DNA of 64,000 nt from a virus. Numbering within the stretch: position 1 is the first letter of the stretch; every line of letters begins with the position of its first letter. The DNA is taken from IMG/VR virus record IMGVR_UViG_3300042892_003562, positions 9,926 through 73,925 of that record. The stretch is one strand, 5' to 3'. The notes beneath the pieces were generated by a model, which made no database searches, was not told the origin of the DNA, and worked only from the letters and a program-made list of their open reading frames with translations. The translations under genes and the position numbers were made by a program. Positions 29,301 through 36,284 of the stretch are shown here, piece after piece.

Positions 29301-30832
29301 GTGCCCTGCAACGCGCCAACTCCCTTGAGTCCGAGACCGCCGCCGATGACACCACCTACAATTCCTCCAACCATCTCGCCCGTGTCACCACCGACGGCTT
29401 CACCAAGTTCGGAGCCAAGATAACCACCCGCTGTTCCTCCTGCCACAACACCGACACTTTTCGCCCCGGCAACCGCCACGCCACGGGCCGCGCCAGCCAT
29501 GGTCAGCCCCTTGATCCCGCCCTTCACCAGTCCGCCAGCTCCAAAGGTGGTCATCATCGACGCAACCTGTCCGGCCATGTCATAAATCCCCTTGTTGGTG
29601 AAATCCATTCCAAGCACCTTGTAGTGCTCCGTGCCGCCCATGCCCTCGAAAGCATTGTCACCCACGCGAGACGAGTCCGCCGCGTATTGGGTGATGGCGT
29701 CGTTACCTCCAAAGAAAGAAGCTCCAAGCAACGCAGCTCCGGCACCCGTCGAACGGTTGGCCGACCAGAACGCGTTGTTCAACTTGTCGAGCATCCCATA
29801 CTGGTCCTTGTCGAAAAGCTCCGGGTTCTGCTCGATGAACGAATACATGTCGCCTCCCGGCGCGTCCATGTGCCTTTGGAACTTGGAGTGGATGTCCTGA
29901 CGGTCCATGCCAACCAAGTCCTTCACCTCACCACCGACGTAGTTCAGGACAGGCGCAAGAACGCCGCCCTTCTTCGCGTCAAACGCGAACGCCTCGGCAT
30001 CAGCAGCCTCAGTGATGAACTGCGAGTCCATCTTGTTCACCGAGTCCCGAAGATTGATCTTCATCATCTTCTTGTCGGCGGCGGAGATGTCCTGTTCATC
30101 AATCGCGGCAAGCAATCCCGGCATGTCGGAAAGCTTCTTGAGGTTGGGAATCTTCCTGCCAGCCACGTCCCAGATGTAGGCGTTCTGGTCCATCTTTGCC
30201 GGATCAAACTCCTCCATCTGCTTTCTCTGGTCGAAGGCCGAGCGCATCCGCTCGTTGTCCTTGTCCATCCGGGCCGGTGAGTCAGCGCTCAAACCCTCGT
30301 TGTGGTGGTCGACGTAGGCGTCGAAACTCATCTCGGGAGTCTTGCCCTCGATGTCCACCGCCTGAATCTGTTCCTTCACCTTGTCATAGTCCTTAAACTG
30401 GTCGGGCTGCTTCTCTCTCTTCTGGGTGAGGAATCCTGAAAGCCCTTCAGCTTCAACGAGTTTGCCTTCAATCGGATCAAACTCCGTGCCGCCAGTCTCG
30501 TGACGCGCAGCCACTTCAAGGAAACTCCGGCTGCGATCAAGATAGTCGCGACCATCCGTGGTGTAGTTGCCGGAGGCGTCAAACAATGGCTTGTCCACTT
30601 CCTCGCCAGCAGCGTTCACCCCCTTCACCGTCCGGGTCTTGTCCTGCTCCAACGCTTCCGTCATCTTAACGAACGCCCGTGGTGCCGCCTTGACACGCTC
30701 CTCCACCGACGCGTTGCGCCACTTGTCCGCGCCGACAATCCCCGCAGGGCTGGTGAAGTCATAAGGAACCGGAGCCGCTGGCTCCAACTCTTCAAATGAA
30801 CTGGAGCCGTCGAATCCGTAATTGAGTTCCAT
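14372..30832 (-). CDS. giant (5486 aa) virion/ejection polyvalent protein containing a PD-(D/E)XK nuclease-like domain
   Basis: Last gene of the structural operon. Gly/Ala-rich hydrophobic N-terminal region typical of podovirus ejection proteins; nuclease-like segment FDEENHIY..PSVTT..GTAFH..E..AGMVDGL..LVDTKT..QMKAY at about 27120-27650. Confidence 0.8.
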   Translation of the reverse strand: MELNYGFDGSSSFEELEPAAPVPYDFTSPAGIVGADKWRNASVEERVKAAPRAFVKMTEALEQDKTRTVKGVNAAGEEVDKPLFDASGNYTTDGRDYLDRSRSFLEVAARHETGGTEFDPIEGKLVEAEGLSGFLTQKREKQPDQFKDYDKVKEQIQAVDIEGKTPEMSFDAYVDHHNEGLSADSPARMDKDNERMRSAFDQRKQMEEFDPAKMDQNAYIWDVAGRKIPNLKKLSDMPGLLAAIDEQDISAADKKMMKINLRDSVNKMDSQFITEAADAEAFAFDAKKGGVLAPVLNYVGGEVKDLVGMDRQDIHSKFQRHMDAPGGDMYSFIEQNPELFDKDQYGMLDKLNNAFWSANRSTGAGAALLGASFFGGNDAITQYAADSSRVGDNAFEGMGGTEHYKVLGMDFTNKGIYDMAGQVASMMTTFGAGGLVKGGIKGLTMAGAARGVAVAGAKSVGVVAGGTAGGYLGSELGEAVGGDTGEMVGGIVGGVIGGGLGLKGVGALQGTGAATAMGRQITISEKAMKQAMTELAPNTLKNFGIKAIKDPSAYIGALQAGGMSFGSTYNQVFDKTGDAEEAYHQAGMKGLADGAAAFIATAAFNRIAPGLEKGMSGVEGGLSGSIFKHLKFNKAMKSAVSQDAQKAAIETLEGLAAEGSELRKALAPALRETINRAARANGLKGYGPAVGMGAEFMEETFDTALSDVFLAVLDDSKTWKGEVWDNIGDKFSEYMAAGVMGAFGGGLGESGGMVVETAGAFRKKNRDTRVREIKEFAEVIWKDIKENNSDASAEMLGIKAASGAPVVSVANYMADESIPVEKRAKVLSQHAVSGFARRLEPSATTPVERAQKAQEKARNTPPDPKTVHAQEMTDHLGPAPKDKDGNDMEWNPEMRDPKRDLTHNFTVGGETFTMKSVAVKGETSMGAVLTNSKGETKVLSPSEATAQLKAADPISPMKALGSEAKIRKGMLKSFGNFDSSQTTNYARPIQSRTDSGANPKVPTPGKEGVGDPPSPERVVDSEASGPSKVVPTSGPEPLAPVKGLVKRTPTGNEDFDSAFKPERISFDEENHIYEADGDVKPSVTTLMKKHPHFQRKSTAAGALAAEEGTAFHAEVEKEFKGEPTGLGDKVKEIIKGLKKRASGPVVTEGAFATKKYAGMVDGLIPKANGKWILVDTKTASEEASYQNYNNGYTEKKAPFRKRASKAMSHKVQMKAYVEALKVSGIEVDEVIIIHVPLDNPENAFEESIEMSSDPLDQANQYYEGIFGPAEKLDDFSPAKEAPSATPAAETKKPTPPDEDQTETDDEAQAENEGDVLTEGASEETTPEAPAAVRDVLGRKPHQKAAMVDEALQELWDDGVAVVVGDDETSAREEYGIPANQRVLLISESEIKNAADVRKAVRKFKEKPTNVLDAQPDTANDKPGEEDPLFLDPSTPKFYVDLSTMDVEDEFGGVWSKDDKSQIYYKPAKGKTLPIGVNAVVEIAGDPDHVLVLTEEADGVYYFRQIDVKVIGDAMRKNDTVLLGKLNSNWNRNRLTEAGKAIEPMLKDLLGKGPIDPAAFRKMIENVLQVVAPGSNPAAINWDAKMEKGFFFNVTRETSNGTSFDEAQLDDNLKRDANGDLLIDMIKKVVSRTVYEDADPETGIRVAKKNPDGTQVKEKVRTLVAHYVQLSGRRVPVDGYVAPTRTQKAKETVTSQLKINLDKDAFVANLRSIFKGYDATRGELYDSFVSNEVARQIAAFVDEEQTHFVAMSEFTDEEIINSFSDFVELSEDLDKGGNVRQRFVNDVFQRVAAQRVKGKKIEDFDDADKYLVASETLRALNQILTSGVSTEQQTTDSKRLLIALNEDFSNKETSNPWKTVVELLKRYMQKIKRMAHLRYMMGQLPTSLNRMIRQQETAYVKTNLRGDVDQIKEKGLEEAVERFQRSREMTKKAIGSVAMKHNEVMVEIRDIAGKLGMSLDDMIVLDYKQGAIRLRTSEDKDGLDVRGMIGRYYPGTDLNDLDKALGDLNEEGALSLVQRDLGYAWQQLEWARANTPNFLSVLEEGSEPDKLKVWSQLVASAPLMDNGSRFIKQKEDELAAMFNADRITLHNANVDMLQALENIDLGKVSDSIKATKAANALGYEVAMDDARLVHRLDVLSGMSPLVESPRTTAEAWLVGLRRHAADMAMDDDALLEGKSLLLGSNALLPIQSILFPNTKPTNLENTKRLNLQEDLAAFKLAVMTEEQQERIGRANLTDEQQESLAKLNTAKEIEMYLSGESRSDGSQALLKARRLRAEAAINKPFAEEEMVKFNAYMQALDQYNETNRRVVDLVLGSESLDSTNFGLRFQSLVYAKFDARDAEEMEAYVKAKMDGRPLFFDPEQGLDDIMPTSDSESSYGVNYYPAIFQVLNKDGADRLRYHVDRPGVPFIPEMVPSSDGMSMVEKPYDKSKVFTLERNATAKDVLLNRHVASNMAAIGTNYQMQWQKMLTEIGVNEELAQRYEGSFGFNTPPIENDEFNATTYEELESILPNIPYGKYFIDFLNGKTRLKSMTRQAFFDSAGIPEMIKHDSGETARVNQATISSTTEYDEETFADYFQKLRNWATKLQESTDPKKILGNIGGMQTLAGRLSSRIHQRATEALQLINEQEARFLKLHFDVVSSGLSGKALAESISAIYNSQSHQVLDASVRSLRNEARWARGAVKRFVRSRPNVTREVTQTSRDAGMVAYSDFFEQARKSHIDYPTLHNGLWNINYFAKSRTSAISATFGIDLYEKFRRISFSKEDGELVVGGPNWVWSDVPVFERDSKGDVVFEEMFEKRSVGKNGQEFTELVSSSHPDYQAGMPVAVTYRTEAVNGVETRRLVPVRQPKVQLDSNGEMLVVRKQIHVDMDPSEAIAYAIADKDNSGNFPLASQMGTQGSTVQETRDGRASEDSRRSKAQRAQVTTDLQRQLQNKRLTEAALLVGLNLDGGLLSSNESAADAPRQFLRDLVALEDDPRGYDAFIRKAIRGLFGVTKESELSPLVEMYHNYASSRGVEEIQQEESYEDDEVIPKEVLPIKPVQGSFDMFGDAIHQEALAKWEKETARINAQNAPGAATTRTVTKTRTVTRMGVVPSDTRKSVATEINPFELMESLIEFKAKSEMEIIDQARVVEANGNGNDSNKELLTAIRTVVGYALSATNDNESAQGAVFAKDSESIKTSFAATASKMAELGMGDLFAPRKGNGFASQEESNKIALMLQSESRGNKAINLHRGNVFAQYNETGFVSANKAVNLLTQNIPGVLVYRASKSEIDKNQAYFGSRFLPGVDGNPPVLYAAEGSNSADNEAMVSQALAWWGTQSESAALVAPVLQEAAERIRVALSPITHIERFMRAHKGNTDAVSKMLGDYSMSLLEQNPEKLAAMDEAAKETEVEILSGLLREHFATMENLGALSRSEGLMKNGTLSTVRAFDRDDLFDRMGEKGFVESTDTLQSASFDGKTDLSGLKGQQNIITDAMLVAQAMTNPNMKKLLDRFLFGDNLLKSSDLSNATLNEILLANKQMGEDAVEEQDPYAFDNAMETKATPQTDEDSDLAEEQAADDVEKSWMESELEKFLASRVDSTERQEVELDIEPSNEDKELLRSVEPSVSSILQYLRNKNHDISEYGVMDKRMEAVLEEFHRGRGGFEDPAWNGESLPASDAMMINLFVDLIGLAKEHESMRFDARTQMEGMASRRPTPGTQLLSESTSPQARPVVRQNTPKGLRRTQESRLQGREGVPVVTAWHNMMEGRINGRTASTLHHESNRFKSFSGGLLSRVSGVESVIRKEAQRSIDQGTQAWVDNGKGQDKLVIYPRAFADMALTPEVYAEMKNVFPMLEGHEAEARRELQAMKDRKAFIEDRIAFNQSEVDRIEAVMAATPDLFNSQSINLIDEAQREMILQHVLSEADAIYRSNLPAKLAPNRSGYQKLLNQTIGEISTFGKEAAAKTLVRELNEKFDSLENDSKVRPNRQKNTRALLNEMQLSSSLKMEIAERGKVLDASEMNKLRVARQNVELANKELAGLVRIDRNPLKGGFFQRLAHSSVTPWSAGRHVFISGEKGPTGRTESVNATIVLYPAGTTPNFENKMGIEAGLAQLAAKWNATPEGEKDHEFYIMKEALTKSLGQYARHADELYRAVKGDQAYFNDYNPAAIIRQVSDTLTLQERIAEARLTEFKNNFGGVTGSGSQLSPDAIALLAEPGVHSIYSTSNVVEAMKVRDELAQRQTEAERAAPMLEKMVSLQNEKTRLVKLSVDPKFRSGLRGNLEVINNQIKAIETKLADKELFKHPIAGNRNKIKSLQADLARLNAARRVSKYKVPSNFAARKDIIGHLINNGEWIMLGQINAEQDLKNRYHSNSELTPAEKTAKRKGKKITMRDVVLNSLPDTDEPTPQPQTKNRMGFTREWKDGTWTHAFGGARFTPSGTTREQVAKEYSGRHAELLIARANARPGDKVAGFKLAADKKVDVEHVDMKNALSQLSHMVEALVIGYDKLSPSTETNQRGLKEDIAKFLEMLGDDSIVQSDNTAQQVRLFELFERMSARIEGEAALQQLLTGLSTNLSTAELTAMKYLNHHDSRVRIRYRKNYLAQLEAMRLHGILQNGFDMNSGRNGWISQLEAEKKVMAKKHLALGNDSLMQSIPYMIASLEGLKRVRTYSVAANFSMWSNDLKKGVKDLSLYRDAQLASHSKVTDGALKKAAGGVKGFFNDDHINVIRDENMVKELYSIIEDIVDSPFVPKGDKEAYAVQQINEAIERLYAKSEESGVMDAAKDYADYIGDKFKGMTDAAEIMMMAMGHDQKEIEDINPSEAFLAGRLHGQARLISTVPLRYAYATDPSAERLSLEVTPYKADPLHEVGFQEMSLLGGPGRTEKRDKNKKTLVFRPVSLNGISAIEGMLDDTLYRLNVTPVYSSLRNIVGSVQQAGPNQAEIVNSLILGEDEQNADKRLQRVALAGIASEFDNEIANDMQHGVTDTAFSESIQFLSSMYIFKALASFQQWWNQSAPSLLGYGAKKLLSGKWNEAGMMFEAMGQIVTSKSFDKNEPGDYNHDAKEFMLRVAPWSSFRGADGMDQVKTNLRNQTRHGVGNVKKYSGKAAKVTQEWQEKALDLTIAKPERWLSRAIFLTELMAELQWMKSRGLIDGEVPSSITEMIKAENKGRFDIPQEAVEAAQTKLNDHMGVSDKAKKSFFFQNKTSSPTWNALMRSIVRFSNHQASTASNMSAMAPTLWQAERHEIGTLNEAGEDIGGQMTDGGKRAHQNAVENLVGTMVQNSLFHALKIRNLVPILLSVGYMLGGDDEDEAMAKAQEKADSLFNTEGEDNAVLGGIKAMTIGKPGQFFQDWKDPDAAAASAYAGLASSMLSEVLPVAPVAGAVLGLFPVASAFKNSITNSVVQEATAKLTGLESAENKWDKDAVNVWEMESSGLKTAMQLTAPTGVLYDLVAGMNLAYDANETGEVSAFDISLYLAQEILFSTREGRQSSKKVLQEAVWANEP

Positions 30833-30853
30833 TGTTAATGTGTGTTTTTGAAA

Positions 30854-32182
30854 TTAGTCACCGAGGATGTCTTCCTCTTCATCAAGGTCGAACGCATCAG
30901 TGAACTGCTTGTCGAACGCCTTCACGTCGTCGAGAGTCCTAATGTTTTTGAGCAAGGCATTATCCTTATGGTTGGTCTTGATGAAGTCGAGCGCCTCTTC
31001 CCGCTTCATGCCTTTCGCCCGGAGGCGCACGGCCACCTTGGTAATGGCGACACGGTCGGTGGCGTTCTTGATCTCACCCATCGACTTGAGGACGCCGATG
31101 CGGTCTTTTTCAAGCTCGCGGTTGCGGTCAATCGCCTTCTCTTGTGACTCGCGGTCGCGGTAGTCCTTGTCCACCTGACCTACCAACGCGCCCATCTTCA
31201 TCCGGATGCCAGCCATCTCCACCTTGAAGTTTTTCTTCACGGTTGGGTCGGTGATATCGTCCTGACGGCTGACGATCTGCTGGAGATTGTCCTGCAACGT
31301 CTTGCGCGACAGCATCGCGTTGTAGAGGGTGGAGTGGGCCTTGATGGCAGCTTCGGCATTGGCGTCCTCCTTGGAACCGGGAGCATACAAATTCTTGGCC
31401 TTTTCATAGGCAGAAGCAATTTGATCGGGAGGAAGATCAAAGCTCAGACTGACACCGCCGGTCTTCTCGATGGACCGGATCGACGGTGACAACACCTTCA
31501 TCGAATGGGTGTTGGCGTCCTCAAGGTAGGCTGAACGGCCAAGACCTCCCATCATCTTGCCCATCTCCCTGACCTCGCGGGCCATCTCGGGGTCGCTGCC
31601 GTAGCGCTCTCCCCACTCCGCCGCCTTCTGCGCCAGATCGGGGAACTTCTCGTTCAAGCTTCCAATGACGGTGGAAAAGTTGTCGGTGACCTTGGCATCT
31701 TCGTCTTCTTGTAAAATCTTCAGGTCATTCTCTAGCATTTTGCCTTTGGAGAATGCGTTCTTAATTCCAAGACGGGCGGTCTCCTGAAGCATTGGCTTTT
31801 GAAGCTCATACTCATCCATCTCATCCGACTCCATCTTCGACTTACGTCCTTTGAAGACGGACTCCGAGGCATTGGTAAGGGCGTCAGCCGCCTCCTTGAT
31901 GCGCTTGTTGCCGGGATTGCGCATCTGTAACTGGGCGAGCGCCTTGGCGTTGCCCTCGTAGTCGTCAGGAGCAATCCCCATCTTCTTGTACTCCTCGTCG
32001 AACGCGTCAAACTGCTGGGATTCTTTCTCCTCATTGGCCGCGTCGCGCTTCATCTTGTCAATCGACAACCCACCTTGTTCGTTGCGTTGACGCATACTGA
32101 TCAAGTTCTCCACCGCCAGCGTCTCGGGCAGGACGTTGAAAGCCGAGACGGCGGTGTCGTAATCGGATGAGGAGTAGGGCAT
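30854..32182 (-). CDS. putative internal virion (ejection) protein
   Basis: 442 aa, helical and charged; directly upstream of the giant gene. Confidence 0.6.
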   Translation of the reverse strand: MPYSSSDYDTAVSAFNVLPETLAVENLISMRQRNEQGGLSIDKMKRDAANEEKESQQFDAFDEEYKKMGIAPDDYEGNAKALAQLQMRNPGNKRIKEAADALTNASESVFKGRKSKMESDEMDEYELQKPMLQETARLGIKNAFSKGKMLENDLKILQEDEDAKVTDNFSTVIGSLNEKFPDLAQKAAEWGERYGSDPEMAREVREMGKMMGGLGRSAYLEDANTHSMKVLSPSIRSIEKTGGVSLSFDLPPDQIASAYEKAKNLYAPGSKEDANAEAAIKAHSTLYNAMLSRKTLQDNLQQIVSRQDDITDPTVKKNFKVEMAGIRMKMGALVGQVDKDYRDRESQEKAIDRNRELEKDRIGVLKSMGEIKNATDRVAITKVAVRLRAKGMKREEALDFIKTNHKDNALLKNIRTLDDVKAFDKQFTDAFDLDEEEDILGD

Positions 32183-32208
32183 GGGCGTGTTTAGTCAGGC
32201 TAAAGTTA

Positions 32209-33816
32209 TCAGGCGTATCTCTGAAGGAAGTTGGATCGTTCAAGAACGTCGTTAATCGGGGCTTGGTAGGCGGCGGCACGCTGCTGACGCTTGTTGTCTA
32301 TGGAGGCTGTTGGCGGAAGCTTTTTTTGATTCTCCTGCTGAAGCTTGTGCTTCAAGGCGTAAGCTGGATCATTGAGAAGTTTTCTTTCATGATCGGATTT
32401 CTTAAAGCTATTCCATGGGTCATTTTTATCTTTGGTTGATTTATTTATAAAGGAATCAAGAACAGCATCCTGACGATCCTGATCCGCAAAAGTCTTCCTG
32501 AGATGATCTCCGGTTTCTCCGGGTAATGATGTCAATATGTTTTCAACACCGGTTGCTCCTTGGATCAATCCATAACCCACGGCATTAACACCTTGATTCA
32601 CCATTGAGTGTGCTGCCGTACCCAAGAGCCTTCCAGAGGTAGATAAGGCTTCTCCAATATTTGCTCCCATTGCGCCAACATCACTCCATATAGAGCCAAG
32701 GAACCCTTTATCCTCACCCGCACCAATCTTGATTCCATCCAGAATCTCCTTGTCGGACTTCACCCTTGGTTTTTCAGCAAGGCGCGGGTTGTTCTTTTCC
32801 ATCTCAGCTTTTCTCACGTCAATAGCCTTGATCTTCTCGGCGTTGGCGGCGAGAAACTTATTAGCTGCGTCATCTCGCTCAATCGCGGCGGCGGTTTCTG
32901 CCTGACGGCTTTTTTCTCGACTCTTATTCTTTTCGGTAAGCGCCCTCAAAGCCTCCAGATTTTCGGGAATGAGATAATCCTTGAACCTCTCGTCAAACTC
33001 CTTCTTAGCGGCCTGTCCCGCCTGCTTAATGCGCTGAGCAGATGCGGACGGCTCTTTGTTGGAAGTTGGTTGATTTGTCGGATTGGACTTGGTGATCTGG
33101 GCGTTGATCTGGTCCTCGTTAATACCGAGGGTCTTGCCGTATTCGAAAAGACGGTCCGCATCGGGACGGTCCTTGGCCGGGGTGGTCGCGTAGTTGGCGA
33201 GGTCAGATCCAAATTTATTGATCGCCGCGAGCTTGTTGATCGCCGCGAGCTTGCGGTCCGCGTCCGAACCCGCTGGCTTGCCGTTTCCCGCTCCACCCTG
33301 TGCCACAGGAGGCGTCGTAGCGGGGGCTGGGGCACCTTGTCCCGCAGGAGGGGTTGGCGAGCCTCCAGCCCCGACCGCAGGCGCAGCAGGAGCACCCGGA
33401 GCTGCAGGGGCGGGCTTCTTAGTAACCAAGCCGGTGTCAGCGGGGTTGTTGTCTGGCGTCCGTAGCGGAGGGCTTGGCATCACCACCTCCGCGCCGTTTG
33501 CGACCGCGTCAGCCGAGGTTTGACTCTTCCCCAGCTCGGCTTCAATTTGTTTTTTTCGATTCGCCTCAATCACCTTGCCCGCCTCGGTGTTCTTCACCCC
33601 TGTCTGCCGATCCTGCTCGGCCATTGCTTCCGCGTCATTCACGCCGCCGCTGTCTACGTGGCCGGGCCTTTTACGTTGATCCGCCAGCATTGCTTCAGCC
33701 TGCAGCTCGACCGAGTCACTTTCCCCGGTCGTTTTCCAACGCAGACGGCGATTGCTCGCAGCCTCACCCTTGCGGTTTCTTTCTGCGTCTTTAGTGGCTT
33801 GGTCTTTTTTACCCAT
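32209..33816 (-). CDS. putative internal virion (ejection) protein
   Basis: 535 aa, low-complexity Pro/Ala linker, KLAAIN tandem duplication; position in the ejection gene cluster. Confidence 0.55.
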   Translation of the reverse strand: MGKKDQATKDAERNRKGEAASNRRLRWKTTGESDSVELQAEAMLADQRKRPGHVDSGGVNDAEAMAEQDRQTGVKNTEAGKVIEANRKKQIEAELGKSQTSADAVANGAEVVMPSPPLRTPDNNPADTGLVTKKPAPAAPGAPAAPAVGAGGSPTPPAGQGAPAPATTPPVAQGGAGNGKPAGSDADRKLAAINKLAAINKFGSDLANYATTPAKDRPDADRLFEYGKTLGINEDQINAQITKSNPTNQPTSNKEPSASAQRIKQAGQAAKKEFDERFKDYLIPENLEALRALTEKNKSREKSRQAETAAAIERDDAANKFLAANAEKIKAIDVRKAEMEKNNPRLAEKPRVKSDKEILDGIKIGAGEDKGFLGSIWSDVGAMGANIGEALSTSGRLLGTAAHSMVNQGVNAVGYGLIQGATGVENILTSLPGETGDHLRKTFADQDRQDAVLDSFINKSTKDKNDPWNSFKKSDHERKLLNDPAYALKHKLQQENQKKLPPTASIDNKRQQRAAAYQAPINDVLERSNFLQRYA

Positions 33817-33835
33817 GGTTTAGTCAGGCTAAAGG

Positions 33836-34492
33836 TTATTGAAATTGTGTTGGCTTCCTCCGCAGGCTGGAATCCATCCCCAAATGAAACTTCTTGGGGC
33901 CATGAACCTGTCTCTCGCTGAGCTTGATGAACTGGTCGAAGCTCTGCCAATGAGACATCGCCTCCGCGTCGTTGCCGACGAACTCCGCGCACACCGCCCG
34001 GATGGCGCATTTAAGCGCCCCGGAGCTCTCCACGGGGATGATGGAGTCCTCGGTCAATACGGGGGCTTCCAGCTTCATCAGGACGTAGTAAGGACCGCCC
34101 GTGGGAGTAAACCCAAGCGGCATCCGATACTTCCTGACCAAGACGTCCGCCACCGTCACCGTCCCCATGTCCACCACCGACAAATCACCACCGTTCACCC
34201 CGTTCTTGAACAGGATGGTCTGGTCCATGATCGACCAGCCACGCGACTGGTTCCTCAACCCGATCATCCCGTTGTAGGTTTGCTCGCTGAAATGGAGGAA
34301 GTATTCCACCAAGTCGGCGTCGTAGATGAAATCCTCATCCGCAAGCTCCACCTGCACCGTCGTCCCCGGCCAACGCCCCATCTCATACACCCGGTCCACC
34401 GCCTCTTGGATCGCGTCCTCGATGGTGATGTCCGTGGTGACGAGCGGTCCGAATCGGACGGCGGCTTCGGAGAATGTCAAAAGTTTGGCCAT
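33836..34492 (-). CDS. putative head-tail adaptor / tail tubular protein
   Basis: 218 aa; size, N-terminal helices and position resemble T7 gp11-like adaptors. Confidence 0.5.
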   Translation of the reverse strand: MAKLLTFSEAAVRFGPLVTTDITIEDAIQEAVDRVYEMGRWPGTTVQVELADEDFIYDADLVEYFLHFSEQTYNGMIGLRNQSRGWSIMDQTILFKNGVNGGDLSVVDMGTVTVADVLVRKYRMPLGFTPTGGPYYVLMKLEAPVLTEDSIIPVESSGALKCAIRAVCAEFVGNDAEAMSHWQSFDQFIKLSERQVHGPKKFHLGMDSSLRRKPTQFQ

Positions 34493-34568
34493 GGTTTTTC
34501 GGGAGAGTATTGATTATCAGGAAAACTTCAAGATCGGAGTGAAATGATTTTATTTAGCCGGGCTAAAG

Positions 34569-36284
34569 TCAATTCGGAGCCACCGCCACCACCACTTGGG
34601 AGGTGCCGAAGCTTTTCATCCAGACTACCGGGGCTGCCGTTGACCCGGAACGAGCTGCTCCAGTGAATGTGGATGTTCCGGCGGCAATGGCGGTTCGCGC
34701 TCCGGGAGCCGCGTCGGTGATGGTCAGGGTGGCTGTTGCGAGCGTGGCGAGAAACGCCGCGTCCGTGTTAATGGCGTTGAGAATGGCCGTTGCGACAACA
34801 GTGTTCGCTGAATTTTTCACAATGACCACGGGCAGCAGACGTCCGCCTGTTGGTTCGGCGGGGGCGGTGCTAGCATCAAGCCCCCCGGTCAGCGCACCCG
34901 CCCCGGAGACCGATAAACTGCCCGCCGTATTCGCTTCACGGACGAGCGTGATGGCGTTCCCCGCCACACCGGGCGTATCCGCCACGATTGAAATCACGGT
35001 GCCGTTGCTGGTCGAGGAGATTAGAGGGCGTCCCGTTACGAGGGTGTTCAGCTCAGCGATGCTGGAGAACTGGTTGGCTCCGGGGGCTGTCGCCTTGTAG
35101 CCGAAGGTAGTTCCGTTGACGATGACCGCCGTGCGGTTGAGTCCTCCGGTGAGGTTGGCTGCTGCAAACCCACTGCCACCGTCGGTGAGCGTCTCAATGG
35201 TGACAATTTCGATGTTGTAACCAGCGGTGATGGCGGTTACGGTCATTGTGTCGCCAGATCCCGCCGCTGCGGTGGCTGTCGCGTTGGCGGTGGTTCCGGT
35301 GCCATACAGAGTTCCCTCCCCGGTCCCAATACCCGCTCCATCCGTGATAGCGGAAATCAAATTGTCGATGGAGTCTGTGGCGGCGGCACCTACCAGAACC
35401 TCATTGGCCACGAGCGCGATGGCGGTAATTGTTCCGAGAACATCGCCCCCCGAATCAGCAACCACAAGGGTCCCCGGCAGATCGTAAACGACAGTCACGG
35501 TGTTCGTGCTGGCCGAGGAGGTGAGATTGGTCACGGCTTCGACAACCAGTTCGGTAGCCGTGGCCACTTGGGAATCAGTGTTCCCTGTGACGATGTCAAT
35601 CTCATTCAATCCGCCCCCCGGATCGGCAGGGGCACCCGTGCCAGCCGCGTCAATATCATACCAGAACCGCTTGGTGGAACCGCCGAAAGTGATGTCAAAA
35701 TACTCGCCTTGGCCGATGTCGGCTGTGGCCTTGCAGACAAAGGATGCCGAGGCGGTGCGGAAAGTGTAGGTTTTCGTCCCAACCGTAACCGTGTCGCCGG
35801 GCGTGGGATTGGCGGCAAGGGTGAGCGTTCCCGTCGCGGCCACCGCTTCGGCAGCAGTTCCGTAGGTGATGCTTCCGGTAGCCGCTTCCGCCGCCATGTT
35901 GAACCACACCCGAACGGGGGCCGCCACGTCAGCGAGATCAAAGTAGAGGCCACTCAGCGAACGGGATGTGTCAGCCACACAAGTGATGGTGCTGATCTCC
36001 CTGCTTTCAAGATTGAGTAGGAGCGCGTCATTAGCGCCGTTCAAGGACAGGGGGTAGGTGCTGCCAGCATTGACGCTGATGAGCAGATCATTTCCAGACA
36101 CCAGCTTGAACAGAATTTGGCGCGGATCAGTAATGTCTCCGAGGGAGACCGCTCCGGGCGTGGTCGTGACAGTGATGGCGTCGGAGGAAAAGCTCTCTTC
36201 AACGGTGGTTCGCATCCGTCCGGAGCTCGCGCTGAGCCCGCTTTCGAGGTGGAAGAGATTAACACTTGATTGGATTTGACTCAT
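34569..36284 (-). CDS. virion structural protein (Thr/Ala/Gly-rich beta domains)
   Basis: ATGTLTLAANPTPGDTVTVG..TYTF and LTGG motifs typical of phage tail/decoration domains. Confidence 0.7.
   Translation of the reverse strand: MSQIQSSVNLFHLESGLSASSGRMRTTVEESFSSDAITVTTTPGAVSLGDITDPRQILFKLVSGNDLLISVNAGSTYPLSLNGANDALLLNLESREISTITCVADTSRSLSGLYFDLADVAAPVRVWFNMAAEAATGSITYGTAAEAVAATGTLTLAANPTPGDTVTVGTKTYTFRTASASFVCKATADIGQGEYFDITFGGSTKRFWYDIDAAGTGAPADPGGGLNEIDIVTGNTDSQVATATELVVEAVTNLTSSASTNTVTVVYDLPGTLVVADSGGDVLGTITAIALVANEVLVGAAATDSIDNLISAITDGAGIGTGEGTLYGTGTTANATATAAAGSGDTMTVTAITAGYNIEIVTIETLTDGGSGFAAANLTGGLNRTAVIVNGTTFGYKATAPGANQFSSIAELNTLVTGRPLISSTSNGTVISIVADTPGVAGNAITLVREANTAGSLSVSGAGALTGGLDASTAPAEPTGGRLLPVVIVKNSANTVVATAILNAINTDAAFLATLATATLTITDAAPGARTAIAAGTSTFTGAARSGSTAAPVVWMKSFGTSQVVVAVAPN

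Noticed and set aside
14562-30799. Many 100-400-aa + strand ORFs over the giant gene, and - strand ORFs over early genes such as 3388-4413 and 7268-8341
   Set aside because: These are shadow ORFs expected from high GC3 codon usage and show no protein-like motifs.
14372-30832. Giant protein as a virion RNA polymerase
   Set aside because: No DxDGD or T7-type polymerase motifs are recognisable by eye; left open pending structure search.
33218-33253. 18-nt tandem duplication (KLAAIN twice)
   Set aside because: A simple in-frame slippage duplication with no wider pattern.
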